This document shows positions 42,379-51,379 of a stretch of 62,707 nt of DNA, one piece after another. Position 1 is the stretch's first letter, and each line of letters starts with the position of its first letter. The position numbers were made by a program, and so were the translations under genes. This DNA comes from a virus. Taxonomy: Duplodnaviria; Caudoviricetes. The stretch spans positions 1-62,707 of IMG/VR virus record IMGVR_UViG_3300033134_000003. One strand, 5' to 3'. The notes beneath the pieces were generated by a model. It saw only the letters and a program-made list of their open reading frames with translations, did not search any database and was not told the origin of the DNA.

Positions 42379-43635
42379 ATGAACAGCAAATCAGGCCGCA
42401 AGGCCAAACCGGCCCCCAAGCAGAGCACCGCGGCGCCCGCGCCAGCGGCCCCCGCTGGGGCACCGTCCGCAAAGGCCGCCGCAGTCACCGCCAATAGGCC
42501 CGCTAATGCGGCCGCGCCTGTTGACCCTGCTCGCCGCATGCCGAGCATCACGCCTCAGGTCGGCCCGGCGCAGCCGGCCGAGTCGGCGGCACCCAAGCTC
42601 GCAAACGGCAACGGCATACACCTCGAGCACCCGACCGCGGGCACCGGCGCGCATGCCAAACCGGCCGCCACGGTGGCCGAGGCGATCGAGGCCCCGGCAG
42701 GCTGGCTCGAGATCGGATTGACCGCGATCGAGGCGGCGCTCGTGATCGCCCCGAAGAAGGAGATCCGGCACTACCTCAACGGCGCTCTCTTGCATCGTGT
42801 CGGCGCCGACGTGCGCCTCATTGCCACGGACGGCCACAGGCTGCTAGCCCAAACGCTCCCGATCGACCCGAAGGTGACGGAGAGCAAGGCTTTCAAGTGG
42901 CTGGATGAGGGCGTCATCATCCCGCGCGTGTTGCTCGACCGCGCGGCTCGCGCGCTCCCGGCAGACGTGCAGCAGCAAGGCGGCGGTCGCGCCTTCCTGC
43001 AGTTCGATCCGGTCGCAAAGCGCCTGACCTTCCGCGACTCATTCTCCGAGGTCACGCTGCGGGGCGTCCCGGTCGATGGGAAGTTCCCAGACTACCAGCG
43101 GGTGCTCTCGGCGGCCGGCGCATCGCTCACAACCGGCGAGCGCACGCCAGGGGAGGCCACGAGCTTTGATCCCAAGTATGTCGGGGATGCCATGAAGCTC
43201 GCCAAGCTCTACGAATCAAAGAGCATCGCGACCTATCCGGGCGACGGGAAAGACGCCGGCATAATCACCTTCGCGGGCCGCGCGAACGTGCTCTATGTCG
43301 TGATGCCGATGCGCGCAGGCGGACCCACGCTTGAGGCGGGCGCAGCACGTCTCATCGGTGCCCCCGGACTTTCGCGCACCATCGCCGCCTTGAGGGCCCA
43401 CGCGACCCGCCACACGCAGGCGGCGAAGGCGAGCAAAGACGAGAAGGTCAAAGCACGCGAGAAGGCTGCCGCGGATGAGCTGCTCCAGCGCATCGCGGAC
43501 CTGCAGGCCGCAACGGGCAAGGCGTTGCCGGCTCCCGAGCCGAAGAGGCCCGAGACGCCAGACATGCCGAAGATGGCGCCCATCCTCGGCACGGGTTTCA
43601 AGGCCCCAGCGATCACCCCGCCGCCCAGGAATTAG
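42379..43635 (+). CDS. DNA polymerase III beta-clamp-like protein with low-complexity termini
   Basis: IRHYLNG, ATDGHRL, VDGKFPDYQRV, VVMPMR. Confidence 0.75.
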   Translation: MNSKSGRKAKPAPKQSTAAPAPAAPAGAPSAKAAAVTANRPANAAAPVDPARRMPSITPQVGPAQPAESAAPKLANGNGIHLEHPTAGTGAHAKPAATVAEAIEAPAGWLEIGLTAIEAALVIAPKKEIRHYLNGALLHRVGADVRLIATDGHRLLAQTLPIDPKVTESKAFKWLDEGVIIPRVLLDRAARALPADVQQQGGGRAFLQFDPVAKRLTFRDSFSEVTLRGVPVDGKFPDYQRVLSAAGASLTTGERTPGEATSFDPKYVGDAMKLAKLYESKSIATYPGDGKDAGIITFAGRANVLYVVMPMRAGGPTLEAGAARLIGAPGLSRTIAALRAHATRHTQAAKASKDEKVKAREKAAADELLQRIADLQAATGKALPAPEPKRPETPDMPKMAPILGTGFKAPAITPPPRN

Positions 43636-43645
43636 CGGCAGACTC

Positions 43646-43679
43646 GGGACGCGTCGCCCTCGGGCGCGTCCCTCTTTTC
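43646..43679 (+). terminator. Intrinsic terminator
   Basis: GGGACGCGTC...GGCGCGTCCC followed by TCTTTT. Confidence 0.55.
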
Positions 43680-43705
43680 ACTCAAAACCGAGAACGGAGA
43701 ATCAC

Positions 43706-43822
43706 ATGCTAGCGCTTGTACTGATGTTCGCACTGCACGGTTCGATCACACCGCACGGGCCGCCCCCGCCCATTCACCATGCCCCTATCGAGCCTCACGG
43801 GCCACCGCCGCCGCGCAAGTAG
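43706..43822 (+). CDS. Short hydrophobic-leader Pro/His-rich peptide
   Basis: CGGAG RBS; MLALVLMFALHG then PHGPPPP twice. Confidence 0.4.
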   Translation: MLALVLMFALHGSITPHGPPPPIHHAPIEPHGPPPPRK

Positions 43823-44106
43823 GGGCACCGCTCCAAGCGCATCGGCCTTACGCGGTGCGCTTCGGGATGCGCCTCTCATCGGCATCACATCATCACGGAG
43901 GCCGAGGGAGTAACCTCGTTCACGCAACTAGGCCTCATCTGATGCGAAAGCGGCCCGGAAGGGTTTACACCCGACCGGGCCGCGCTCGCCCATCACGGAA
44001 GCCCGCGAAGCCGACCAAAGCCTCGCGACGCTCGCAGTATAGGAGCTATCAGGCATGACCACAAATAGCGCAAGAGGCTGGCAAGACTACAACAGGAGCC
44101 GTCGCC

Positions 44107-44952
44107 ATGGGTGAAACTACCGAAATTTCTTGGTGCTCGAGCACGTTCAACCCCTGGCTGGGGTGCACCAACATCTCGCCCGGCTGTGACCACTGCTACG
44201 CCGAATCTTGGTCAAAGCGTTCAGGCCTCGTGCGCTGGGGCAACAACCCGCGACGGCGCACCTCGGCCGCGAACTGGCGCAAGCCTCTCGAATGGAACGA
44301 GGATGCCCCGCGCTTCCAGCGCGAGCACGGCCACCGACAGCGCGTGTTCTGCGCATCCCTCGCCGATTGGCTCGACAACCAGGTCGACCGGCAATGGCGC
44401 GCGGACCTGCTCAGCCTCATCGAGGCTACCCCGCTTCTCGACTGGCTGCTTCTCACGAAGCGCCCGCAGAATGCCTTGAAGCTCGTCCCGCGCGAATGGT
44501 TCGGGCGTCACAACGTCTGGATCGGGATCACGGCCGAGGACGAGGCGCACTACCGTCAGCGCTGGCCCATCGCCGCAAAGATCCCCGCCGTCGTGCGCTT
44601 CATCAGCTACGAACCCGCAATAGGCCCCCTCGGCCCACGACTGCAACTCGGAGACGACCCGACCGTGCCCGACTGGCTCATCATCGGCGGAGAGTCAGGC
44701 GGCAATGCGCGCCGTATGGATGTCACCTGGGCGCAGCAGGCGCGCGATCTGTGCCTCGAGTACGGCGTCGCCTGCTTCTTCAAACAGTTCGGCATCCCGC
44801 AGAATAATCCGATCTATCGCGAGCGACCCACGCAGGCCTGCGCCTTCAGCGGCACCCGGCGCGTCGCGCACTTTGACCCGCACGGCAAGGGCGGCTCTCT
44901 CCTTGACGGCCGCCCCTGGAAAGAATACCCAACACCGCGGAGCACGACATGA
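44107..44952 (+). CDS. Phage Gp37/Gp68 (DUF5131) family protein
   Basis: TFNPWLGCTNISPGCDHCYAE, LLLTKRP, FISYEP, WLIIGGESG, FFKQFG. Confidence 0.9.
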   Translation: MGETTEISWCSSTFNPWLGCTNISPGCDHCYAESWSKRSGLVRWGNNPRRRTSAANWRKPLEWNEDAPRFQREHGHRQRVFCASLADWLDNQVDRQWRADLLSLIEATPLLDWLLLTKRPQNALKLVPREWFGRHNVWIGITAEDEAHYRQRWPIAAKIPAVVRFISYEPAIGPLGPRLQLGDDPTVPDWLIIGGESGGNARRMDVTWAQQARDLCLEYGVACFFKQFGIPQNNPIYRERPTQACAFSGTRRVAHFDPHGKGGSLLDGRPWKEYPTPRSTT

Positions 44953-45049
44953 ACGACCGACGAAAACACACCCCCGGCCGGCGCCCGCTTTCCAGGCGCG
45001 ACGCCAAAGAGGACCGCTCGCATCTGCTTTTCGCTCTCGTCCATTGGTG

Positions 45050-45160
45050 CCGATATCCCCCTATGTCAATTTCGCGACGTTGCGCGCGAAGGCACTACAC
45101 GGTCCGGCGACGTGGGGGGTGAGCCAAACTAAAACCCCCTTGCCACGCACGAGTACAGCG
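45050..45160 (-). other. Candidate cos/packaging-site region
   Basis: Non-coding DNA just after HNH with G-runs and CGCGAAATT...GGGGG, as seen upstream of P27 terS in HK97-like phages (inference). Confidence 0.35.
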
Positions 45161-45162
45161 CG

Positions 45163-45495
45163 CTATCTGTGCGAGCCAGAGTGGCGAGGATCGATGGGCC
45201 AGCCCTCAGCATCGCACCCGCGCACCTTGAACTCACCGCCCTGCGCCCTCGAGCGTGCATCACCGCGCCGACGCTCCTTCACCTGCGAGTCATGGCCCAC
45301 GCACAGCGCGCGCAGGTTGCTCAGCACATCAAACTCCGTGGGGCCAGGCGCATCAGGCGGCCGAGCGATGATGTGATCGGCGCGCGTCGCACGCTTCGTG
45401 CATCCCGGCGCGCGGCAGGTATAGCCGTCGCGATACAAACAATCCTCGCGTAGGCGTTGCCAATGCTGGGACTTGTAGTAGGCGCCGTTCGGCAT
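45163..45495 (-). CDS. HNH endonuclease (terminase-associated)
   Basis: YKSQHWQRLR...RDGYTC...ADHI...NLRALCVGHDS...GCDAEGWPIDP. Confidence 0.85.
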   Translation of the reverse strand: MPNGAYYKSQHWQRLREDCLYRDGYTCRAPGCTKRATRADHIIARPPDAPGPTEFDVLSNLRALCVGHDSQVKERRRGDARSRAQGGEFKVRGCDAEGWPIDPRHSGSHR

Positions 45496-45505
45496 GTGCG
45501 ATCTA

Positions 45506-45688
45506 TCAAGGCGCCGGTCCGCCTTCAGCTGCGGCAATCGCAGCGGCGAGCTGCGAGCGCGTGTCATCGTCCACGACCTGGAGCGTATCGAGCAGATCGA
45601 AGTCCGTTGCTCCATTTGATTCGGCGCTTGCTGCTGCGGCAGTGAGTGCGGATGCGAGCGAGCGTGCGCCGGCGACGGTGATTCTCAC
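45506..45688 (-). CDS. Hypothetical protein
   Basis: GTGA overlap; coupled in the late operon. Confidence 0.55.
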   Translation of the reverse strand: MRITVAGARSLASALTAAAASAESNGATDFDLLDTLQVVDDDTRSQLAAAIAAAEGGPAP

Positions 45689-46062
45689 GGGACCGCCTTT
45701 CTTGCTTGCTCGAGAAGCTGGAGCGCTTTCGCGCGCGATGATCCTAAGCAGTTGCCTTCGGAGCTGGTAGCACCGCACGCGATGCGCGCCTGCTGATAGA
45801 GCGCGCGCGCGCGGTCGGCCCTTGTTTGAACGCTCTGCGCTTGCGCTGCGCTGATCGATTTGCTCTCGAGTTGCCTCAAGGCAAGCGCGCGTGCGGCCGT
45901 GATCTCGCTGATGACCTCGGCCGCTTGCAGCTCGAAGCTCCCGATGAGCGCGGTGGAGTCCGTGCTGCAATCCATTGGATTGCTCGCACAGTCCGCGAGT
46001 GCCGATGCGGCAGCCGAGACGAGCAGGAGCGCGATGATGATCGCTGCCGACAGTCGCGTCAT
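45685..46062 (-). CDS. Small secreted helical protein with Cys pairs
   Basis: Signal peptide ending ALA|D; AAGGAG RBS. Confidence 0.65.
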   Translation of the reverse strand: MTRLSAAIIIALLLVSAAASALADCASNPMDCSTDSTALIGSFELQAAEVISEITAARALALRQLESKSISAAQAQSVQTRADRARALYQQARIACGATSSEGNCLGSSRAKALQLLEQARKAVP

Positions 46063-46292
46063 GAACTTGAGCGCTCCTTTCTACGGGCAAGGCCGAGGTC
46101 GCGGAGCTTGCGCCGCGCGATGGATTCTTTCACCCAGGTGCGAAGGCAGAGCATCACATGCTCCAGGATCACCGCGCTCGAGACGCACGCCCACGGCAAG
46201 CCGAGAGACTCCGCTGGGAGCCTCGAGCGGTGAAAGTGACGCCAGGCATCGGCGACCGGATCGAAGCGCTCGATCTTCGGCGGCAGCGGCAT
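46059..46292 (-). CDS. Hypothetical protein
   Basis: First ORF after the terminator; ATGA coupling. Confidence 0.4.
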   Translation of the reverse strand: MPLPPKIERFDPVADAWRHFHRSRLPAESLGLPWACVSSAVILEHVMLCLRTWVKESIARRKLRDLGLARRKERSSS

Positions 46293-46310
46293 GGTGCGAC
46301 CCCCAGAAAT

Positions 46311-46338
46311 AAAAAAGCCGCTGACATTTCAGCGGCTT
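46311..46338 (-). terminator. Intrinsic terminator (tR'-like) at the head of the late operon
   Basis: AAGCCGCTGA-AATG-TCAGCGGCTTTTTT. Confidence 0.8.
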
Positions 46339-46425
46339 ACGTTATTGCTCTATTTCTTCGGGCGACAGCTTGGGCGGTGTAAGACCCGACCCTTTTGGAG
46401 AAGTCGCAGCTAGATTGTGCCGCGA

Positions 46426-46455
46426 ATCCTAGACCTGATCTATGCTGTGGCGCAA
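46426..46455 (-). promoter_or_regulatory. Candidate late promoter (pR'-like)
   Basis: TTGCGC-18 bp-TAGGAT about 90 nt upstream of the terminator. Confidence 0.35.
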
Positions 46456-46694
46456 GAGGAATCGCGCATGTGGTGGCCGCACCCGGCGGAGGAGCACCTC
46501 GCGCCGGGGCGGACGACTGTGCGGGCTCGGCCTCGGATCGTCCCGAGAGATCTTTGTCCCCTGACGGCGCCGGCGGACGGCCGATCTACATTCTGACTTC
46601 CCTGTGGGCCGACCCGCGTGTTGTGCACGCACCCGGTCGCCTTGCTCCTCGGCGGGCCCCATTTCATCGGCAGTCTGGGGCGAAAATGCTTCGA

Positions 46695-47243
46695 TCACGC
46701 GCGGCTCAGGTCCCGATCTTCAACGGCTTCGCCCTTGGGTTGGCAAGGCGCAGAATCTACCGCGCGTGCTCTTCGGTGACAAGGCCCAGGCGGCGGCTCG
46801 ACCTTGAAGCGATACTGAAGGGCGAACGCCGTGCGGCCGAACGCCGTGCGGCCGAGCCGCGCCATCACGCCCTGCATCGCCGAATTCGAGACAGCGGTGC
46901 TGCCCAATATCTCCGGGACCTTGCGCTCGCGCGCGATCTCGACGAGCTTGTCCCAGAGCGCGCGATAGATCCCCTGGCGCCGGCGCGCGCGCAGAACGTA
47001 GCCGAACTTGACGAAGATGGAGCGGTCCCACTTCTGGTGCGTGAATGTCAGAACGCCGGCCGGCACGCCCTCGACCCGCGCAAGCAGCGCCTCATCGTCG
47101 TAGTTCAGGATCGTGACGACCGGATCTGCGAGGCCCTGGACGATGAGCTCAGCCAATCCGGAGGTTGCGATCTGCACGACCGGCGTGCGGTTCAGCATCT
47201 CGAAATGCTCGACAACTGCGCGCGCGATCTCACCCGTTGCCAT
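46695..47243 (-). CDS. GNAT acetyltransferase
   Basis: YVLRARRRQGIYRAL motif A; NSAMQGVMARLG. Confidence 0.75.
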   Translation of the reverse strand: MATGEIARAVVEHFEMLNRTPVVQIATSGLAELIVQGLADPVVTILNYDDEALLARVEGVPAGVLTFTHQKWDRSIFVKFGYVLRARRRQGIYRALWDKLVEIARERKVPEILGSTAVSNSAMQGVMARLGRTAFGRTAFALQYRFKVEPPPGPCHRRARAVDSAPCQPKGEAVEDRDLSRA

Positions 47244-47625
47244 GACCTGATTCCTTTTTCTCGCGATGGAAAGCGATGTCGATGCTGAAGCCCTGGTAGG
47301 TGTCCCCGTCATTCGGCACGGCAAAGAAACTGACGAGGCGCCCGCTGCGCGCGCGCTCTAGAACCCGCTCGAGTTGCGCGATGCACGCGGCCTTGGCCTC
47401 AGGCGACCAGTCCTCGATCTCAATGTCGATGTTCGGCAGCGGCGGTGGAGCATGCGCCTGCTCATCCTCCTCGTCGCAGTCGCGCGCCTTCAGCGCCCAC
47501 AGCCAGTGGTCTCCGTCCTGCTCGGCAGGCTCGCGGATCACGAGGCAAGAATCCTCGCTGACGTGGCAACGCGCCTCACCGGGCAGTTGCGCCAGAATCT
47601 CGCGCAGGCGTTGAACGCTGATCAT
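47230..47625 (-). CDS. Hypothetical protein
   Basis: GGAGGAG RBS; ATGA overlap. Confidence 0.6.
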   Translation of the reverse strand: MISVQRLREILAQLPGEARCHVSEDSCLVIREPAEQDGDHWLWALKARDCDEEDEQAHAPPPLPNIDIEIEDWSPEAKAACIAQLERVLERARSGRLVSFFAVPNDGDTYQGFSIDIAFHREKKESGHGNG

Positions 47626-48299
47626 GCGCGCTCCTCCTCGTGCCGGTCCCGGTTGCAGCGCCTGCGAATGACTTCCCTCGCGCTCGCAAGCCAAGCACCG
47701 TACCGCGATTTCAAAAGCCAGAAGCGCGGCTCGAGCACGCGCGCCCATGTCAGATCATCGACCTCGAGGTAGACCGGATACATCGCAGGCGCCGCAGCGA
47801 AGATCGCAGGATATGCCTCCTCGTCGAGGACCAGCGTGCACAACTCCGAGCGGTAGAACTTGGGCGCAGGCCGCGGGGTCGGGAGCGGGCAGATGACATC
47901 CGGAGCGCGCGTGCACTTGCTTTCGATCGGTGCGCGTCCCATGACCTGCGGGCGCCAGCCCTCGCGCTGGGCGAGCTTGCCGGCCTGATACATGAGGGCC
48001 TCCCACAGGCGCCAGTACGCCGAGCGGTCGCCGGCGTAGGAGTAGCAGGCCGCGAGCCAGTGCAGCTCATCCATGTGCTGCGCGGCATGCCCGAGGTCTG
48101 CGTGCGACCAGGTGGGCCGGCGGTAACTGCGCGATCCGCGGCCGAGCGCGCTTTCCACCACTTCGAGCCCGAGCCTGCGCTCCTCCTTGGTGCGCCGCCG
48201 GCGAGCGGCGTCTCCGTCAGTCTTCGTCGATGTCCCACCAACGCTTGATAGATCGATCCCACGCGCCGCGGCGAGTGCGAACAACTGCTCTGCAAGCAC
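47622..48299 (-). CDS. Putative late regulator/antiterminator (by position)
   Basis: GGAGG RBS before GTG; lies upstream of the promoter-terminator pair; no diagnostic motif. Confidence 0.45.
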   Translation of the reverse strand: MLAEQLFALAAARGIDLSSVGGTSTKTDGDAARRRRTKEERRLGLEVVESALGRGSRSYRRPTWSHADLGHAAQHMDELHWLAACYSYAGDRSAYWRLWEALMYQAGKLAQREGWRPQVMGRAPIESKCTRAPDVICPLPTPRPAPKFYRSELCTLVLDEEAYPAIFAAAPAMYPVYLEVDDLTWARVLEPRFWLLKSRYGAWLASAREVIRRRCNRDRHEEERA

Positions 48300-48301
48300 C
48301 G

Positions 48302-48955
48302 CTACGATCCTCCAGGAGAGTGCGGGCGATATGGTCGAAGAAGCGACTCGAAGAGAACGGGGCCACTGGCTTCGGTCGCCATCTCGGGCTCCCACTCGAA
48401 GTCCTCGAGCATCTTGACGCAGAGGTCCGCGACCTCGATTGCGCGCTTGGCGCTCGCATTCCTCCTGCGCGCAAGCTCGATTCGCTTCTCGAGGGTTGCG
48501 GCGAGAAAGTTGTGGCCGCTTTTCGCCTTCCATTTGAGACGGGCCATCTGCTTCGTGGCCTTGCGAATCGCCTCGTCGTTGCTCGCGATTGCCTCTTGCG
48601 ATTCGGACTGCATCTGGGACAGCTTGCGGCACATCGCGAAGAGCACATCGACGTGCTCGGGGAGCTGCTCGCACGCGGCATCGAAGAGGCCGGCGAGCGT
48701 GTTGCGCGCGAGAACCTCGAGCGGCGGTGGACGGCTCGCATCGCCCGTCTGATCGAACCTCTCGCGCGCGACCTCGTCCGAGAGTAGCGCCCACGCGCCG
48801 TTGATCGCGATCATTTCCTGCGACGAGCCACCGGGCCGGTCGGGGTGCGCCGCGGCGGCCTTCCTGCGGTAGGCCTCGCGGATCGTGGCGGCGTCGGCGT
48901 CCTTGGCAACGCCCAACGTCTCGTAGGGATCTCGTTCTTGAGGCTTGCTCTTCAT
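48302..48955 (-). CDS. J-domain (DnaJ-like) protein
   Basis: DPYETLGV...AYRRKAAAAHPDRPGG...RERFDQTG. Confidence 0.9.
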   Translation of the reverse strand: MKSKPQERDPYETLGVAKDADAATIREAYRRKAAAAHPDRPGGSSQEMIAINGAWALLSDEVARERFDQTGDASRPPPLEVLARNTLAGLFDAACEQLPEHVDVLFAMCRKLSQMQSESQEAIASNDEAIRKATKQMARLKWKAKSGHNFLAATLEKRIELARRRNASAKRAIEVADLCVKMLEDFEWEPEMATEASGPVLFESLLRPYRPHSPGGS

Positions 48956-49091
48956 GCGGCCACGAGCGGCATCACGGCTTCACCAACGCAAGAGCCGGCG
49001 GAACGATCGTCGATCCCGGCGGGGCGGCGCGGACACTCACGGCGCCTCGTGAGCGTATCGTGCATATGATCGTAAGAGCAGACGGGCGCAC

Positions 49092-49328
49092 TCACCGCGT
49101 ATCCTCCTTCAGCTTGATCCTGATCTCCCGAGCGAACACCCACGAGGTGAACCGCGTCCCGTTGCCCCACCAGGAGATCAGGTATTGATTCGCATCGGCA
49201 CTGCGCATGAGGGCGGTCACGTCGGCCTCGATCGATGACCCGCGAATGACGACGCGATCGCCGATTCCGAAGTCGAACTCGACGATTGTCTTCGGCGGAA
49301 CCGGACGAAGAATTGGCGAGTCGTTCAT
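49092..49328 (-). CDS. Hypothetical SH3/KOW-like protein
   Basis: FGIGDRVVI; coupled ORF. Confidence 0.6.
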   Translation of the reverse strand: MNDSPILRPVPPKTIVEFDFGIGDRVVIRGSSIEADVTALMRSADANQYLISWWGNGTRFTSWVFAREIRIKLKEDTR

Positions 49329-49606
49329 GACTCGACGCGCTCATCCTTCGTGCCCTCTTTGCCGATCAGGATCCGCAGCGCACGCGCGCTATCGACCTCG
49401 CCATACTGGCAGAACTTCACATGCGCGGGCTTGCCTGCAAGCTCATCGTCGAAGTCGATGAGGAACACCTCGCCCAAGTGCGGGCGCACCTGGCCGACGA
49501 AGGCATACGTGCGGCCGCTATCAACCGACACATGCACCTGCGTGCCGACCTTGAGCCATTCCTTCGGGACCTGTAGCGAGTGCTTCACGTCATCCTCCGA
49601 TACCAT
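49325..49606 (-). CDS. Hypothetical protein
   Basis: Coupled ORF in the - strand operon. Confidence 0.55.
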   Translation of the reverse strand: MVSEDDVKHSLQVPKEWLKVGTQVHVSVDSGRTYAFVGQVRPHLGEVFLIDFDDELAGKPAHVKFCQYGEVDSARALRILIGKEGTKDERVES

Positions 49607-49954
49607 GTCTGCTGATCCCCCTGCCAAACTCGCTGGTGCGCTGCGACCGGGTCACCATTCACGAGGTATACAGTGATCTGAATGCCGGGGCGGTCGATCG
49701 TGCGACGCTCGAGGTGCTTGCGGTGGTCGACGCGGATGACGCGCAGGAGCTCGTCGAACTCGGAGCAACGGATCGGCGCGAAGGCGAGGCCCTCCTCAAG
49801 GTGTATCACATTGCCGTGCGCCGCGCCGCGCTGAAGCAGGCGGCTCACGACACGGCCTCGACGATTCGCCTCGCTCTGCGTGAGGCGCGAGGCGCGCGCA
49901 GACCGTGCAGCCAGAGCCACATGAGAATGCCGCGCTTTGTCCTGGGACGTGCTG

Positions 49955-50185
49955 TCATGCGACCTGCTCCTCGAGCTTCGGCCTTCCCGGTATCGCGATC
50001 CACACCTCGGGGTCTATCACCTCGGGGTAGAGGGCGGCATAGGCGTACGCAGCGCGTGCGCACGGGAAATCCTTCGCCTGGGATGCGTACGCGCTCGCCC
50101 CGCCCGGTTCGCTCCAGAACTGGTACACCGGAGCGCCGTCGCGGCGCTCGCCGATCTTGCGCGCGAGATGCCAGACGCGCATCAC
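49955..50185 (-). CDS. Hypothetical protein
   Basis: Coupled ORF. Confidence 0.5.
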   Translation of the reverse strand: MMRVWHLARKIGERRDGAPVYQFWSEPGGASAYASQAKDFPCARAAYAYAALYPEVIDPEVWIAIPGRPKLEEQVA

Positions 50186-50697
50186 TGGAATCCGGCCGGT
50201 TCAGGCGGTGCGATCACAGCACCGAAGTTCCCGGCGACGCCTGCAACGGTGCGCGCATCCTCGCACGTCGCCTCCCAATCCTTCGCAGGAGCAGGCCCCA
50301 GCAAGCCGATCTCCACGCGCAAGAGGCCGCCGTCCGCATCACAAGCGTGATACCAGTCTGAGACCTCCGGCGAGCTGAGCGATAGAGCGCGTCCGCCCAG
50401 GCCCTGAAGCTGGCTCACTTTCGCGCCGGCTGGATCAGCAGGAACGCTCGAAAGGCGAGCGGCTGCCCAGATCACCGCGAGCCAGAAAGAGATCACGGCT
50501 ATCGCGATGAGGACCGGAAGGAGCCAGGGGGGGCCGACCGGCGCGCGAAGCGGCACGCGCGGGGCGAGGCGAGCTCGATGCCCGCAGCCGTTCATTTTTT
50601 GCTCGCGGAGTGTCGCGATCGCCTGCTCGCTGACCTTGGTTGGAATCACGGATTCCCCGCCGTGAAGCTCGCCGTTGTGGAGATCGCCTTCGCTCAT
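50182..50697 (-). CDS. Hypothetical single-TM protein
   Basis: WLLPVLIAIAVISFWLAVIWAA. Confidence 0.55.
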   Translation of the reverse strand: MSEGDLHNGELHGGESVIPTKVSEQAIATLREQKMNGCGHRARLAPRVPLRAPVGPPWLLPVLIAIAVISFWLAVIWAAARLSSVPADPAGAKVSQLQGLGGRALSLSSPEVSDWYHACDADGGLLRVEIGLLGPAPAKDWEATCEDARTVAGVAGNFGAVIAPPEPAGFQ

Positions 50698-50942
50698 CTG
50701 CGTGCCCTCAGAGTCGCTGCTCGAGCGCGGCGCCAGCTGCGCGGCGGCCGCTTGCGCCGATGTTTGATCCGTTTGGAGTGCGGGCGCTTCGGCCTGTAAC
50801 GCCTCGATGGGGGTGTGCCGAGTTGGAGCGGTGAGAGCGGCTGCTCGAGCGCGTTGCCTATCGCATGCCGCATCGAGGCCAAGCCAGCGGCAACCGAGAG
50901 CACTGCAAGGTGCTGGAGGAGCTTCGGACGCTGGTGACTCAT
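50694..50942 (-). CDS. Hypothetical basic protein
   Basis: ATGA overlaps at both ends. Confidence 0.45.
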   Translation of the reverse strand: MSHQRPKLLQHLAVLSVAAGLASMRHAIGNALEQPLSPLQLGTPPSRRYRPKRPHSKRIKHRRKRPPRSWRRARAATLRARR

Positions 50943-51379
50943 GCGATGTTTCTCCAGCCTCGGGAGGCTAACACCCGAAGCGTCATGTCGATCGCGCGCC
51001 GCGGACGCACGTCGTTCTGCTCGAAGCGAAGCACGAGCCAACCCAAGAGCGCCGCGGCGTTGTACTTGCGCATATCCTCCTTGATGCCCTTGACCGTGCC
51101 GTGCCGACCGCCGGCGACGATCTCCCTGCCGACCTTGCGCGGTGCGAGGCCTTCGATCTCGACGGCAACGAGATACTGTCGAAAAGCGAAGTCAAAACGC
51201 CACTGCCGCCCGTATGACTTCGCGAATCGATACTCGCGCTCGAAGCGCAGCCCGAACGGCACGAGCTGCGCGGCGAGCATATCCTCGGGCCCGGGCGGCT
51301 TCTCATGCTCGCCCGGGCCGTCCAGCGCGCTTCGCTCAGCGGTGACGTGCACCGGATCGACCTCCGCGGGTGCGACCAT
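50939..51379 (-). CDS. PD-(D/E)XK endonuclease (DUF559/Vsr-like); start uncertain
   Basis: EYRF...WRFDFAF...AVEIEG...GGRH...KYNAAALLGWLVLRF. Confidence 0.8.
   Translation of the reverse strand: MVAPAEVDPVHVTAERSALDGPGEHEKPPGPEDMLAAQLVPFGLRFEREYRFAKSYGRQWRFDFAFRQYLVAVEIEGLAPRKVGREIVAGGRHGTVKGIKEDMRKYNAAALLGWLVLRFEQNDVRPRRAIDMTLRVLASRGWRNIA

Noticed and set aside
48300-48794. N-terminal part of the 390-aa ORF 47622-48794
   Set aside because: Overlaps the J-domain gene; an RBS supports GTG 48299
49636-50361. 241-aa + strand ORF and many similar Arg-rich ORFs
   Set aside because: High-GC shadow frames opposite coupled - strand genes, with no motifs
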